Source of the DNA: an uncultured bacterium
GTDB taxonomy: Bacteria; Zixibacteria; MSB-5A5; JAABVY01; JAHJOQ01
Assembly (NCBI GenBank): GCA_965369655.1
Contig: CBDUQR010000008.1
Span: 1-64,000 of the forward strand
Direction: 5' to 3'
DNA: 64,000 nt
How positions within the stretch are numbered: the stretch's first letter is position 1; each line of letters begins with the position of its first letter. The position numbers and the translations under genes are program-made. Under the pieces are notes generated by a model. It was not told the origin of the DNA. It saw only the letters and a program-made list of their open reading frames with translations, and searched no databases. Of this stretch, positions 50,262-60,594 are shown one piece after another.

Positions 50262-50621
50262 ATGCCGGGTACATTATGCCACTTTGAGATTATCACGAAT
50301 GATGTCCTGAAAGCTGAGAAATTCTACACTGAGCTTTTCGGATGGACAATATCGCGTGCATATGGCGACGACTACTTGTTCGTGCACACCGGTCAGGAGC
50401 CGGATGGCGCGATTGGAAAGGCTGACGAAGAACTGAAGCCGGGCAATGGCGTCTGCTTCTATTTCGAGGTCGATGACTGCGCAGCGTATTGCGACAAAGC
50501 TGTCAGCCTCGGCGGATCGCAGATCAAAGAGAAAGCTGAGATTTCGGGTCACGGCTGGTACGCACTCTTCGGCGATCTCGACGGCAACTGCATCGGCCTG
50601 TTCGAAGCGTTGAAGAAATGA
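50262..50621 (+). CDS. VOC/glyoxalase family protein
   Basis: HFEI...AEKFYTELFGW; YFEVDD; DLDGNCIGL; RBS AAGGAGG. Confidence 0.92.
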   Translation: MPGTLCHFEIITNDVLKAEKFYTELFGWTISRAYGDDYLFVHTGQEPDGAIGKADEELKPGNGVCFYFEVDDCAAYCDKAVSLGGSQIKEKAEISGHGWYALFGDLDGNCIGLFEALKK

Positions 50622-50648
50622 AGAAGGAAACAGCAATGAGAGTTGAAT

Positions 50649-52097
50649 ATGAATGACAAACCACCCAAAGCTTTCGTCTCATACAGTTGGTCGTCACCAG
50701 GCCATTGTGACAGAATCCGCTCGTACGCCGAACGCCTCGTCGGCGACGGAGTCGACATCATTCTCGACCAGTGGCATCTGTCCGAAGGACAAGACAAGTA
50801 CGCTTTCATGGAGAGGATGGTGAGTGATGAATCGGTGACCCATGTACTCATCTTCTCCGACCAAGAATATGCTACGAAGGCCGATGGCCGGAAGGCTGGT
50901 GTCGGTACTGAGACCCAGATCATCTCCAAAGAGATTTACGATAAGACAGACCAGAACAAGTTCATACCAATAGTCTGCGAGAGGCAGGAAGACAACGAGC
51001 CGTGCTTGCCAGTTTTCCTAAAGTCTCGCATAATGATTGACTTCAGTTCCCCCGAATCAACGAATGAACATTGGGAGAAGTTACTTCGTGCGCTATATGG
51101 CAAGCCAATTCATACGAAGCCTAGTCTTGGAAAACCACCATCATACATTACTGATGATGCCCAGAAACCATCCCTTCCAACCTTGGGCAGATATTTAACA
51201 TTACGAGATGCCTTGTTGAACGGCAAACCCACTATCCCTCTTTGTAGGCAAGATTTCATAGACTCCGCGATCTCTTATGCGGATGCATTGCGCGTTCGAG
51301 AGGATCCCAATGTCGATCACATCGACGAGAAAGTTCTGGAGGACCTCCATACCATGCTTCCGCTCCGGGATCAATTGATTGACTGGCTACTTATTGAGAC
51401 TGCTCTTCAAACGGACTCGGAGTTCAAGGAAGTTCTTCTTGGTTTCCTTGAAAAATTGCTTGCCCTCAAGTATCGTCTACCTGAACTGACTCAATGGAAC
51501 GAATCATGGTTCGATGCCCAGAGGTTCTTCGTGTATGAAATGTTTCTGTATCTTATCGCAATACTTATCAAGAACAACAGATACGGCACTATTCAGTCAT
51601 TCCTGACAACTAGCTACTTACTGCCCGAGTCGGAACAGCGGTTGAGAAGAGATTTTGTCTCATTTGATGAGTTCCACACACACTCTGAAGCGTTAGCATA
51701 TCGGAATGATCGTCTGAAGCTCAATCGGCTCAGTCCTATCGCAGACCTTGTTAAAGAACGTGCAACAAGAAAAGATTTACCGTTTCGGGACATTATGCAA
51801 GCAGAACTAGTTGTCCTTCTAGTTTCACTTCTTTCTGATGGCCAGCTTTGGTATCCTCACACGATCGTTTACGCCAGCCGAAACCAACGTTTCCCGTTAT
51901 TTGTGCGAGCCGCCCAACACAAGTACTTTGAAAGATTGAACACGATCACAGGAATCAAGTCAGGCGATGAGCTACGAGAGAAATTCAAAGATGGGTGGGA
52001 AGAACATAATACCAACCAATGGATACCCTGGATGTTTAGGACAAATGTATCAATTTGGGATTCAATGAACATGGATGCCTTGGATACAATAACATGA
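50649..52097 (+). CDS. SEFIR/TIR domain protein
   Basis: KAFVSYSWSS...GVDIILDQWHL...GVGTE...KFIPIV. Confidence 0.85.
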   Translation: MNDKPPKAFVSYSWSSPGHCDRIRSYAERLVGDGVDIILDQWHLSEGQDKYAFMERMVSDESVTHVLIFSDQEYATKADGRKAGVGTETQIISKEIYDKTDQNKFIPIVCERQEDNEPCLPVFLKSRIMIDFSSPESTNEHWEKLLRALYGKPIHTKPSLGKPPSYITDDAQKPSLPTLGRYLTLRDALLNGKPTIPLCRQDFIDSAISYADALRVREDPNVDHIDEKVLEDLHTMLPLRDQLIDWLLIETALQTDSEFKEVLLGFLEKLLALKYRLPELTQWNESWFDAQRFFVYEMFLYLIAILIKNNRYGTIQSFLTTSYLLPESEQRLRRDFVSFDEFHTHSEALAYRNDRLKLNRLSPIADLVKERATRKDLPFRDIMQAELVVLLVSLLSDGQLWYPHTIVYASRNQRFPLFVRAAQHKYFERLNTITGIKSGDELREKFKDGWEEHNTNQWIPWMFRTNVSIWDSMNMDALDTIT

Positions 52098-52104
52098 CCA
52101 ACCG

Positions 52105-52135
52105 GTAGCCCACCCAGAACGCAGTGCCGGGTGGG
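52105..52135. repeat. GTAG plus hairpin between convergent genes (REP-like or terminator)
   Basis: GTAG-CCCACCC-N13-GGGTGGG. Confidence 0.45.
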
Positions 52136-52153
52136 GTTGACCACCAGACGACA

Positions 52154-53572
52154 TCACGTCTGCGCATCGACTGTCGAGCCTGTCGACTCTTTCTCCTTTA
52201 GCTTCATCGTGAAATGCCGCAGGTATTTCGCCTGGTATGTTATCTCGAACCCGCGCAGTTTGTCTCTGTAATCATTTATTTTCCCGCAGACGCGTGCGAC
52301 GAAATCGAGATGCGAATTCGTGTAGACCCGTCGCGGAATAGCCAACCGCACAAGCTCCAGCGGTGGGCTGGTCTCTTTTCCTGTGACAGGATCCTGTTGC
52401 GCAAACATCAACCCGCCGATCTCGACGCCTCGAATGCCTCCCTCGCGATACAGCGCAACAGTCAGCGTCTGCCCGGGATAATCGGATGGCGGTATGTGCG
52501 GAAACATCTGACCGGCATCGATAAAGACAGCATGCCCTCCGACCGGCTGAATGATCGGCACGCCATTCTCGATCAAACGATCCCCGAGATATTTCACCTG
52601 CGCAATCCTGAATTCGAGATAGTCCGGTTCGAGCGCTTCGCGAATGCCTCGTGCGACAGCTTCGAGATCGCGTCCGGCAAGACCGCCGTATGTCCTGAAT
52701 CCTTCGATCAGGATCAGCAGTCTGGTCATCTCCTCTTCGAGCGCATCATCGTTGCAGGCGATAAACCCGCCCATGTTCACGAGGCAATCCTTCTTGGCCG
52801 ACATCACGCACCCGTCGGCATATGAAAACATCTCGCGGGCGATCTCTATCGGCGACCTGTCACGGTAGCCATCCTCACGTTGCTTGATAAACCAGGCGTT
52901 CTCGGCAAAGCGCGCCGCATCGAAGAAAAACGGTATTCCATGCTTCCTGCAGACTTCGGAGGTCTTCCTGATATTCTCCATCGACACCGGCTGCCCGGCG
53001 GCGGTATTGTTCGTGATAGTCATCATCACAAGCGGGATACGGTCCTTTCCTTTCTCGATGATGAAATCCTCCAGCGCGGCAATATCCATATTGCCCTTGA
53101 ATGGATCCATGCTTTTCGGATCCTTGCCTTCTTTCACGATCAGGTCGACAGGCTTTCCGCCCTTGTGCATCGTGTTGGCGCGAGTCGTATCAAAATGCGT
53201 GTTGTTCGGAACGAAATCACCCTTCTTGAGCATGGTAGAGAACAGAATGTTCTCGGCAACACGCCCCTGATGCACAGGTATGATATATTTGAACCCGCAG
53301 ATACCCTGTATCGACTCGACAAAATGGTGGTAGTTCTTGCAACCGGCGTACGACTCGTCGCCCTTCATCATGCCCGCCCATTGGTCATCTGACATTGCCG
53401 ACGTCCCGGAGTCTGTAAGCAAATCGATGAAGACATCTTCAGCGGCAATGTTGAAAATATTGAAGTGAGATTCCCGGATTATCTGTTCGCGCTCTGCGCT
53501 GGTCAGCTTCTTTATCGGCTCGACAACTTTTATTCGATACGGCTCTATCGGAAAGTCAAATTCGTTTTCCAT
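52154..53572 (-). CDS. tnaA: Tryptophanase
   Basis: IDLLTDSG; PLP-lysine motif MSAKKD; RLAIPRRVY; RHFT (tyrosine phenol-lyase has SGKKD and RFFT). Confidence 0.9.
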   Translation of the reverse strand: MENEFDFPIEPYRIKVVEPIKKLTSAEREQIIRESHFNIFNIAAEDVFIDLLTDSGTSAMSDDQWAGMMKGDESYAGCKNYHHFVESIQGICGFKYIIPVHQGRVAENILFSTMLKKGDFVPNNTHFDTTRANTMHKGGKPVDLIVKEGKDPKSMDPFKGNMDIAALEDFIIEKGKDRIPLVMMTITNNTAAGQPVSMENIRKTSEVCRKHGIPFFFDAARFAENAWFIKQREDGYRDRSPIEIAREMFSYADGCVMSAKKDCLVNMGGFIACNDDALEEEMTRLLILIEGFRTYGGLAGRDLEAVARGIREALEPDYLEFRIAQVKYLGDRLIENGVPIIQPVGGHAVFIDAGQMFPHIPPSDYPGQTLTVALYREGGIRGVEIGGLMFAQQDPVTGKETSPPLELVRLAIPRRVYTNSHLDFVARVCGKINDYRDKLRGFEITYQAKYLRHFTMKLKEKESTGSTVDAQT

Positions 53573-53702
53573 GTCTCGATCTCCGACTTGGATGTTGTTG
53601 TTTGCAACGTCGATAAGATCGGGAGCGATTACGGAATGTCTTTGATTTTCTCCTCTACCATCCGCATTGTGCTAATCCTCAATTGCTGATCGATGTACAT
53701 CC

Positions 53703-54707
53703 TTATGCCTTCTTCAGCTTGAAGCATGGTACGACATCACCGTAATGAATGTCACGATAATTACGAAGCTCCGGTTTGACAAATTCACTGACGTAAGACA
53801 GCCGATCCTCGGGCAGGATTTCGAGTTGCCTGAGCGCTTCGATGACAGCGGGATAAAGGGCGCGCACATTCCCATCGGAGACCTTTGCCGCAAGCCCCCA
53901 GCCTCTCTTCGCGATCCCGACACATTCGACACCCTCGCCGCCGACTTTGCAGATGATTTCGCCCGGCAACGCCTGCATCAACGCCAGATCGAATCTGCCG
54001 TCGCCTGAAACCATGAACGGATCGGTCTGTATCGCAGTTACGATCCGCTCGAAGACTTTTTCACGCCCTGAGACGCTTGTCCCGCCTGTGATGATATTCG
54101 CAAAAGCAACTGCCATATTTCTCAATGGCATGCCGAAGTTGGGCAACGAGCAGCCATCAATGCCGATCTTCACATCGTCTGGCTTCATCTCATAAATCTG
54201 ACAGACAGCCTCGAACACCCGCTGCTGGACATCATACTCGAATTCGAGATACCTTGCGGGATCACAGTTCATCTGCAGAGCAAGCGCAAGCTGACCGGAA
54301 TGTTTGCCGGAACAGTTGTGCTGGAGAGGCGAAAAGGTCTCTTCCCGTCTCGGAAGGATATTCTTGATGCGATATTCGGATGGCGGATGAACACCGCATT
54401 TGAGATACGATTCATCGAGTCCGATCTTGTCAAGATTCTCCTTCGTTTGAGCAACGTGCCGCTCCGATCCGTTGTGCGACCCGCACATGATCGCCTGACC
54501 GGAGACAGAAAACCCGTAGTGATCGACAGCCCCGGATTCAAAGACCGGCACAGCCTGGATCGGTTTCGCCGATGAGCGTGTGAACGTGAACATCTCCGGA
54601 TCACCGGCATAGTAGAGGACATTTCCTTTGTTGTCAGTGACAACTATCGAGCCGTAATGAACCGACTCGATTCCATCACCACGCGTTGTATGAGCAAGCG
54701 GTTCCAT
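53703..54707 (-). CDS. L-asparaginase II (Rhizobium type)
   Basis: RSSAKPIQA; HNCSGKH; DGCSLP; KVGGEG. Confidence 0.92.
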   Translation of the reverse strand: MEPLAHTTRGDGIESVHYGSIVVTDNKGNVLYYAGDPEMFTFTRSSAKPIQAVPVFESGAVDHYGFSVSGQAIMCGSHNGSERHVAQTKENLDKIGLDESYLKCGVHPPSEYRIKNILPRREETFSPLQHNCSGKHSGQLALALQMNCDPARYLEFEYDVQQRVFEAVCQIYEMKPDDVKIGIDGCSLPNFGMPLRNMAVAFANIITGGTSVSGREKVFERIVTAIQTDPFMVSGDGRFDLALMQALPGEIICKVGGEGVECVGIAKRGWGLAAKVSDGNVRALYPAVIEALRQLEILPEDRLSYVSEFVKPELRNYRDIHYGDVVPCFKLKKA

Positions 54708-54744
54708 AGCGACATAAAGTTAGCATATAAGCAGACAAAAGCAA

Positions 54745-54888
54745 GGCGATTCGAGTGGGGAATCTGAACCACGCGCCTGCGCGGCGGTGACGGTTTCTAA
54801 AGCAGGGCAAGCGCGCTCGCCTGTCCTGAGACTTGCGAAGGGCGTTTGACTGGTGAGCCACCAGTCAGGAGTTTCTCGAATGGCATAT
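54745..54888 (-). ncRNA. Candidate multibranched structured RNA
   Basis: Closing stem ATTCGAG/CTCGAAT with three internal hairpins; G-U pairs favour the minus strand; TTGACA at 54915-54920. Confidence 0.35.
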
Positions 54889-54967
54889 ACACCTAACCAA
54901 ATACTGATCTGATTTGTCAAGCAAGTATGAGCGAAGATAGATTATTGTGAGCGTGATATGACAACAC

Positions 54968-55000
54968 AAAGCCCGCCTGCTATGAACGCAGGCGGGCTTT
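54968..55000. terminator. Bidirectional terminator
   Basis: AAAGCCCGCCTGC/GCAGGCGGGCTTT. Confidence 0.8.
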
Positions 55001-55030
55001 ACTCGTGAGCAGGGTTTTGCTATGCGGCAA

Positions 55031-58000
55031 TCAGCATTCATCGCACGGCGCAGGACCGCCTGCGAAGATGTAATTGATCAGGTAGACGACGTCATCAATG
55101 TCAACATCGCCTGAGCAATTAGCATCTCCAGCTTCAATTGGGTTCGGAGCAGGGCCACCTGCGAAGATGTAGTATATCAGATAGACGACATCATCTATGT
55201 CAACTCCTCCGCTCGCATCGGCATCGCCGCATGTCCATGACATCAGGAGCCTTGACATCGCATCTTCCACGTCTCCATCGTCGTCGAGGTCCCATCCGAG
55301 CATCAACTGATGAAGCTCGCCCGACTTCGGCTCGGTGAATTCGACTCCAACACTGATCACAGCCGAATCCCCAGGCGCGATTTCAAGTGAGTCCTCTACA
55401 CCGGTGCCCGGCGGTAAGCCATTCAAGCTGACATACGGATCAGGGCTTCCGTCGGCCAACAGGGCCGTGAATTCGTAATGGAACATGGTTTCAGAGCCTG
55501 TGTTGGTAATCATGGCACCTATGTCTGAAGGGGAAGCCTTCGTATCATCAACCCATTTGCCGCACCATTCATCAGATCTTGTGATCTTTCCATATGCGCA
55601 GTACACGTCGACGCCGTTGCATTGGTCGACAACCACCAGTTTGTAACAGGCATACTGTCCTATTGGCAAGGGCGGTACGAGAGAATTACGGTCGATATCG
55701 AACTGTACCGTGATGGGCGAGCCGCCCGAGAAGTCCAGCGTACCGCCGGCGGGAGCGAATTGCAGGCCGTCGGAATAGCACCAACCTCCCACTGGTTCCG
55801 GTACAAGGTACCATCGATAATCGTTGCAGGCTACAGGAGGCTTATTTACGGTGAAGCTCGTTTCCTTGATAAACTTATTCGCACAAAAAGTCACCGTGGG
55901 AAGATATGCAACAATATCGTAGGTGCAATGGACCGAGTCGCGATGCGCGTTGCCGAAATTGACGTATTTTACGTATTGACTCTCCTGAAGATCCAGCTCG
56001 TGGTATCCGGCATTGGGAGTAGTCTGAAACCATTGGGTTGGGTCCCACGGAGACTCCGTCACCTCATAGACTCGGTAGACCCAAGGATATGGGAGAGGCT
56101 TCAGACATGTGAAGCTGTATGCACCTGAAGCGTCCGTATGGCGGGGTTCGAGACACAGAATTTCTCCGGTATTAGGGTTATACATCCGGAGGTCAATGAA
56201 CCAGTCGAATAACCCTGGATCAGGGTAATTCTTTATGCCGTCGAGATTCAAGTCCTCGAACTTCCAACCGGAAATAGAACTTCGGCAATCAGCCCTCAAC
56301 CACTCGCAGCAGCAGTTGTTGGTCTCGTCGTACTCCGGAATCGTGCCAACGCCAAAGCCATTGTCATCGACGCAAGCTTCTACCAACATCCAATCCAGAC
56401 AATGTTGGGTCTCTATGAATTCGACGTCTTCTGTCTGTCCCATCCCTAACGTTGTCGTTGTAAACGCGGTGCCCAGAAGGTCACCTGGATCGCAGTTATC
56501 TGGGGGAGTCCCACCGGGACAATGGTAGAAGGCGACCTCGACTGGTGGATCTACCGGCACAGGTCCGTTGTTGACTACGGTGGCAGTGAAAATGGCGTTA
56601 CCGTAACCGTCGCAGTCGGGATAATCCTGAGGACGCAACAGGTGGACACACAGGTCCGGTTGGAGAGTTGGATCCTCATGCCAGTACATCTGCTTCCGGA
56701 AGTTGTTGAAAGCTGGTGAGGTCGAGAGCCAGTTTGTAAGCCGGTTCTGGGGAATCTTGCCATCATCATTAACATTCGTAATGGAATAGGCATGCTGGTT
56801 CCAGATCTTGCGTGTATTCACCCAGCAGTTTTGCGCATCTCCGAAGACGCGTATCCCGCAATTAGTCACGCAGGAAGCCCCGACTTCGTTATTGGCGCAG
56901 ACGATAATCTCGGCGTGCCCGTCAGCATTACAATCGGCGACGCTGATACCCTCCACACCTGTCCTGGAACTGTTCGGCGTTGTGTAGAGTGTTGAACCAC
57001 CCTGGTCGTCAGCGTGATAGATTCGCAGGTAGCACTCATCACTGTAGATCAATTCCGTGGCACCGTCATCGTTGAGATCGAACATTGTTGAGCTTGTTAT
57101 CCTCGATGACCCGTCCTGGGTTGCGAAACTGCAAAGAATACCTCCATCACTTCCCTTAAGCACAAAATACTTATCACCTCCGGCGACTCCAATTTCAGGG
57201 TAAGGGGAAGCAGGCCAGCACTCCCCGATACATGGTGGACCCCCTCTGGTCTCGCCCGGAAGAACGGTCGTCCACAGAATATTCGCAAAATCAGGTGGTA
57301 TTCCAGTATAGTCAACCAGATGCACTTTGCCTCCCGCCACGACGATCACTTCACCATCGTCATCAAGGTCGAAGTTGCCAACGCCAGCCCACCCGGAGTC
57401 TATGTCGTCCACCAGTGACCACAACACAGAACCGTCAGCATTGTAAACCGTGCGACCATTGACCACTTCAAGATAATCATCATCCGCGACAACATCGGCT
57501 GCAAAGGATAGATACATCTGCTTAAATCCGGCGTCTTGATCAGCCCAGGACCTGTTCTCGCCCCAGAAGGCGCCAGGTACGCCGGTGAACAGCTGACCGT
57601 CAACGGAGTTCAGTACGACGTTGCCCACGATAATCTCTGGAGTTCCATCTTTGTTGATGTCGGCGATGGATATGCCGGAAAAGCGAATGCCTTGTGACGG
57701 TTGTGTGCTTGTCCACTCGATCCAAACTTCGTCCGGATCGTTCGGATCGTAAATACCGTCATTGTTAAAATCAAGGACATCTATGCGGAAAAGTCCCTGC
57801 CCGAGGGTTGCATAATCACCTCCTATTGGCGCTCCGCGCCGAGTTCCAATAATCTCCATTAGACCATCATTATCTATGTCAGCCACCGCCAGTTGGCTGT
57901 GTGCGTAGAACACATCGAGTGATGGCGGATAGGTGACAGTGGTCGGGTAACTGAAGACTGGGGATCCTCCATCTTGACCGCTGATGACTCTTAGCACACC

Positions 58001-58915
58001 GCTGGAATTGGCAGGACTCATTCCGGTTCCGTCGTCGCGATACGAGATGAAGAATATTTCCGGGATACCGTCATTCTCAAGATCAGCGACAATTGGAGTC
58101 ATCAGTACCTGTTCGTGATCGAGGAGGACGGTGGGGGGGGCGCCAGGGTCTGGCCAGACCAATTCCTGGACAGGGTTGATGCTCTCGCAAGGCTCAAATC
58201 CTAAGCCTGAGTCCGGATCGATCTCGCAGCATGTGTCAGGAAGGGGTGGCGCCACGTAGCAGACCTCGGCTGCTATCAGGAAGTTGATATCCGCGCCGTA
58301 GTGATCGAGCATGGTTTCCCATGTGCCAGTATAGTAGTGTGGGGAGCGCAAATCTCCACAAGAACCGTCGTCAGCAAGGATACCGTAGCAGTCATTTACC
58401 TGATCGACAGTAGTGTACCCGATATGGAAATCATCATTGAAAATCAGCCCAGCTGACTCGACATCGAGGAACATACTGCCGGGGTAGTATACTATTTCTG
58501 CCGAAGGGACGTTGACAGTATGGACAAGGTCTCCGGGAAATCCGAAACCATCATCGTTCCAGATCATGACATCGATACCCATACCTGATATGTCACTGAA
58601 TTCCTCAAAGTCGCTATAGAGCGTCATTTCGATATTCACCAGTGTACACGCTTCAGGATTATTTATAGGTCCGAACCGCATGGCAAATGGATCACCGTCC
58701 TCGTCACTTGGGATATAAGCATAGTAGTATATATCACATGCATAATCCCACCAGATGCAACCCCTTTCACTCCGAAGTGTCTGCTCAGTCTGTTCAGACA
58801 CCAGCTCTACATCTATTTCTTTCAGGGCGCCAAGCCCCTCGGTCGTTAAGCTCGTCACCGCCAGTACGACCAGCAGCAGAGCCAGCATTAAAGTAAAAAC
58901 CTGGAAGCGTCTCAT
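55031..58915 (-). CDS. Large secreted protein: FG-GAP propeller, CARDB-like, SdrD-B-like and dockerin domains
   Basis: Signal peptide; ADIDNDG/ADINKDG repeats; TRKIWNQHAY; EYDETNN; SISGWKFEDLNLDG; C-terminal dockerin; RBS AAAGGAG. Confidence 0.85.
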   Translation of the reverse strand: MRRFQVFTLMLALLLVVLAVTSLTTEGLGALKEIDVELVSEQTEQTLRSERGCIWWDYACDIYYYAYIPSDEDGDPFAMRFGPINNPEACTLVNIEMTLYSDFEEFSDISGMGIDVMIWNDDGFGFPGDLVHTVNVPSAEIVYYPGSMFLDVESAGLIFNDDFHIGYTTVDQVNDCYGILADDGSCGDLRSPHYYTGTWETMLDHYGADINFLIAAEVCYVAPPLPDTCCEIDPDSGLGFEPCESINPVQELVWPDPGAPPTVLLDHEQVLMTPIVADLENDGIPEIFFISYRDDGTGMSPANSSGVLRVISGQDGGSPVFSYPTTVTYPPSLDVFYAHSQLAVADIDNDGLMEIIGTRRGAPIGGDYATLGQGLFRIDVLDFNNDGIYDPNDPDEVWIEWTSTQPSQGIRFSGISIADINKDGTPEIIVGNVVLNSVDGQLFTGVPGAFWGENRSWADQDAGFKQMYLSFAADVVADDDYLEVVNGRTVYNADGSVLWSLVDDIDSGWAGVGNFDLDDDGEVIVVAGGKVHLVDYTGIPPDFANILWTTVLPGETRGGPPCIGECWPASPYPEIGVAGGDKYFVLKGSDGGILCSFATQDGSSRITSSTMFDLNDDGATELIYSDECYLRIYHADDQGGSTLYTTPNSSRTGVEGISVADCNADGHAEIIVCANNEVGASCVTNCGIRVFGDAQNCWVNTRKIWNQHAYSITNVNDDGKIPQNRLTNWLSTSPAFNNFRKQMYWHEDPTLQPDLCVHLLRPQDYPDCDGYGNAIFTATVVNNGPVPVDPPVEVAFYHCPGGTPPDNCDPGDLLGTAFTTTTLGMGQTEDVEFIETQHCLDWMLVEACVDDNGFGVGTIPEYDETNNCCCEWLRADCRSSISGWKFEDLNLDGIKNYPDPGLFDWFIDLRMYNPNTGEILCLEPRHTDASGAYSFTCLKPLPYPWVYRVYEVTESPWDPTQWFQTTPNAGYHELDLQESQYVKYVNFGNAHRDSVHCTYDIVAYLPTVTFCANKFIKETSFTVNKPPVACNDYRWYLVPEPVGGWCYSDGLQFAPAGGTLDFSGGSPITVQFDIDRNSLVPPLPIGQYACYKLVVVDQCNGVDVYCAYGKITRSDEWCGKWVDDTKASPSDIGAMITNTGSETMFHYEFTALLADGSPDPYVSLNGLPPGTGVEDSLEIAPGDSAVISVGVEFTEPKSGELHQLMLGWDLDDDGDVEDAMSRLLMSWTCGDADASGGVDIDDVVYLIYYIFAGGPAPNPIEAGDANCSGDVDIDDVVYLINYIFAGGPAPCDEC

Positions 58916-59230
58916 CGCTTCACTCCTTTCCTGTTGGGTCCATTCCTATGTCGTTACCGATTGGCATGCGCGGAATTGAGAGAAATGGTGCCGCGTGCCC
59001 GGGGATAGAATCCACACTTTCGCCGGCGTCACCTCCTCTCGCGCCATCAGCCAGATTTTGTCTATAGTTGCAGGCTCAAGGTGCAAATCGTATGCTGACG
59101 AGTTGTCTGAATCTATAAATATTTGTAGCGCTAATATAGATGATGAAGTCCAAATGTCAAGGATTATCAAAATCCAAAAGGCCTCGATTGCTCAAGACCT
59201 CAATTCTGATTCACTTTATGCAGATGTTAA

Positions 59231-59281
59231 TCAATAGATATCAACCGGCGCAGGACCGCCGGAGAAGATGTATTGGATCAG
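59231..59281 (-). pseudogene. Orphan dockerin C-terminal fragment
   Basis: Alternative frame reads LIQYIFSGGPAPVDIY* and overlaps the stop of the 59278 gene. Confidence 0.55.
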
Positions 59282-59799
59282 TAAGGACAATCGGCGCACG
59301 GTACCGGACCGCCGCCGAATATGTAGTTGATAAGATACATCACGTCGTCGATATCCACTGCATCGAGGCAGTTAACATTCCCCACGATCGGGTCCGGTGC
59401 CGGGCCACCACCGAAAATATAGTTGATGATAAACATGACATCATCGATATCGACTCCACCGCTCTCATCGGCATCGCCGCATGGGTAACTCGGGCCGAAG
59501 TCCTGCCAGTAACCATGATGAATGCCGATATCCACTGTCGAGCCGCTTCCGACAGCGAATTGTCCCATCGTGCCGGAGAGAATGAACCCGGTCGTGGTCG
59601 TTCTGCGGCCACCGCCGGACAGGACCTCCCAGTTGATCTCCAGACTGTCTGAGGATGGTCGTTGCGGATGGTACTGCGGGGGCGAATTCTTCAGGTCGAA
59701 AAATACTGCTTTACCAGCAGGGTCTTTGCCGGATACGGGGGCTGCCTGCATCAGTACGAGCATTACCGCTACACACGTAAATGTCAATATCCTTAGCAT
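59278..59799 (-). CDS. Small secreted dockerin-domain protein
   Basis: Signal peptide; WEVLSGGG...LSGTMGQ...HHGYW segment; duplicated dockerin; RBS GAGGT. Confidence 0.85.
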   Translation of the reverse strand: MLRILTFTCVAVMLVLMQAAPVSGKDPAGKAVFFDLKNSPPQYHPQRPSSDSLEINWEVLSGGGRRTTTTGFILSGTMGQFAVGSGSTVDIGIHHGYWQDFGPSYPCGDADESGGVDIDDVMFIINYIFGGGPAPDPIVGNVNCLDAVDIDDVMYLINYIFGGGPVPCADCPY

Positions 59800-59868
59800 C
59801 GCAATACCTCGCGGGATTTCCTAACTAATATACACAGAAATCCTGGTTTTTTCAATAGTTACTTAACT

Positions 59869-60058
59869 CTTCATTGGGGACTTGTTGAAGAACCCCTCAT
59901 CGAGCAAAAGCCGGTGACGTCGTCATCGCGAGAAGCATTAGCGACGTGGCGATCTCCATTTAGTGCGAGATTGCCACGCTGCGCTCGCAATGACGGCACG
60001 CTGCAGTGGTTCTCGGCATCACTCATCAGGGACCTTTCTCGACAAGTCTCTTATGAAG
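59869..60058. mobile_element. MITE-like element with internal palindrome
   Basis: Imperfect TIRs CTTCAT..G(G/A)GACTTGT(T/C)GA; core CGTCATCGCGAG...CTCGCAATGACG shared with 26465-26627. Confidence 0.55.
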
Positions 60059-60594
60059 GCCAAATTTGATATGCTCCTATTTGGAATATCTACTCTCAAT
60101 CGAGATATCGCGTAGATTGACACACGTCACATATATGTATTCATCGGCCTTGCGAACCACAAACTCAAGGAATCTGATTCACGTTTCCTGAACAACGGAC
60201 GCCACATACGCCAAACAAAAAGACGATGACTGTATAGGTGTGGCTGTGGTAGTCCTTGACATGTTGATGGGCGGCAGACGTTCCCTCTGCCTCAATCTGA
60301 GAGACGGATTTCTTCGCTTGTTGCGGAACACAGACCTGTATGCTGCGTGATGTAATAATCAATGGTAAAGTAGTAAACACGTGGAAATCATCCAGCCATA
60401 ATGGCTATCTGGCGTATTGTCAACTATCCGCACCTCATTGTCGATATGTGAATAGAAGCTGATTGCATTGTGGGACAACAACGTAAGATTGCAGCTATTC
60501 AGGTATGTTTTTCATTGACGACCAATGGAGACAGCCATAGATTCAGATGTCGCTCATTGACGAGTTGGTTCCTCAAGAGAAAACGAGGTTCAAT

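Noticed and set aside
60165-60380. 71-aa minus-strand ORF
   Set aside because: No RBS or recognisable motif.
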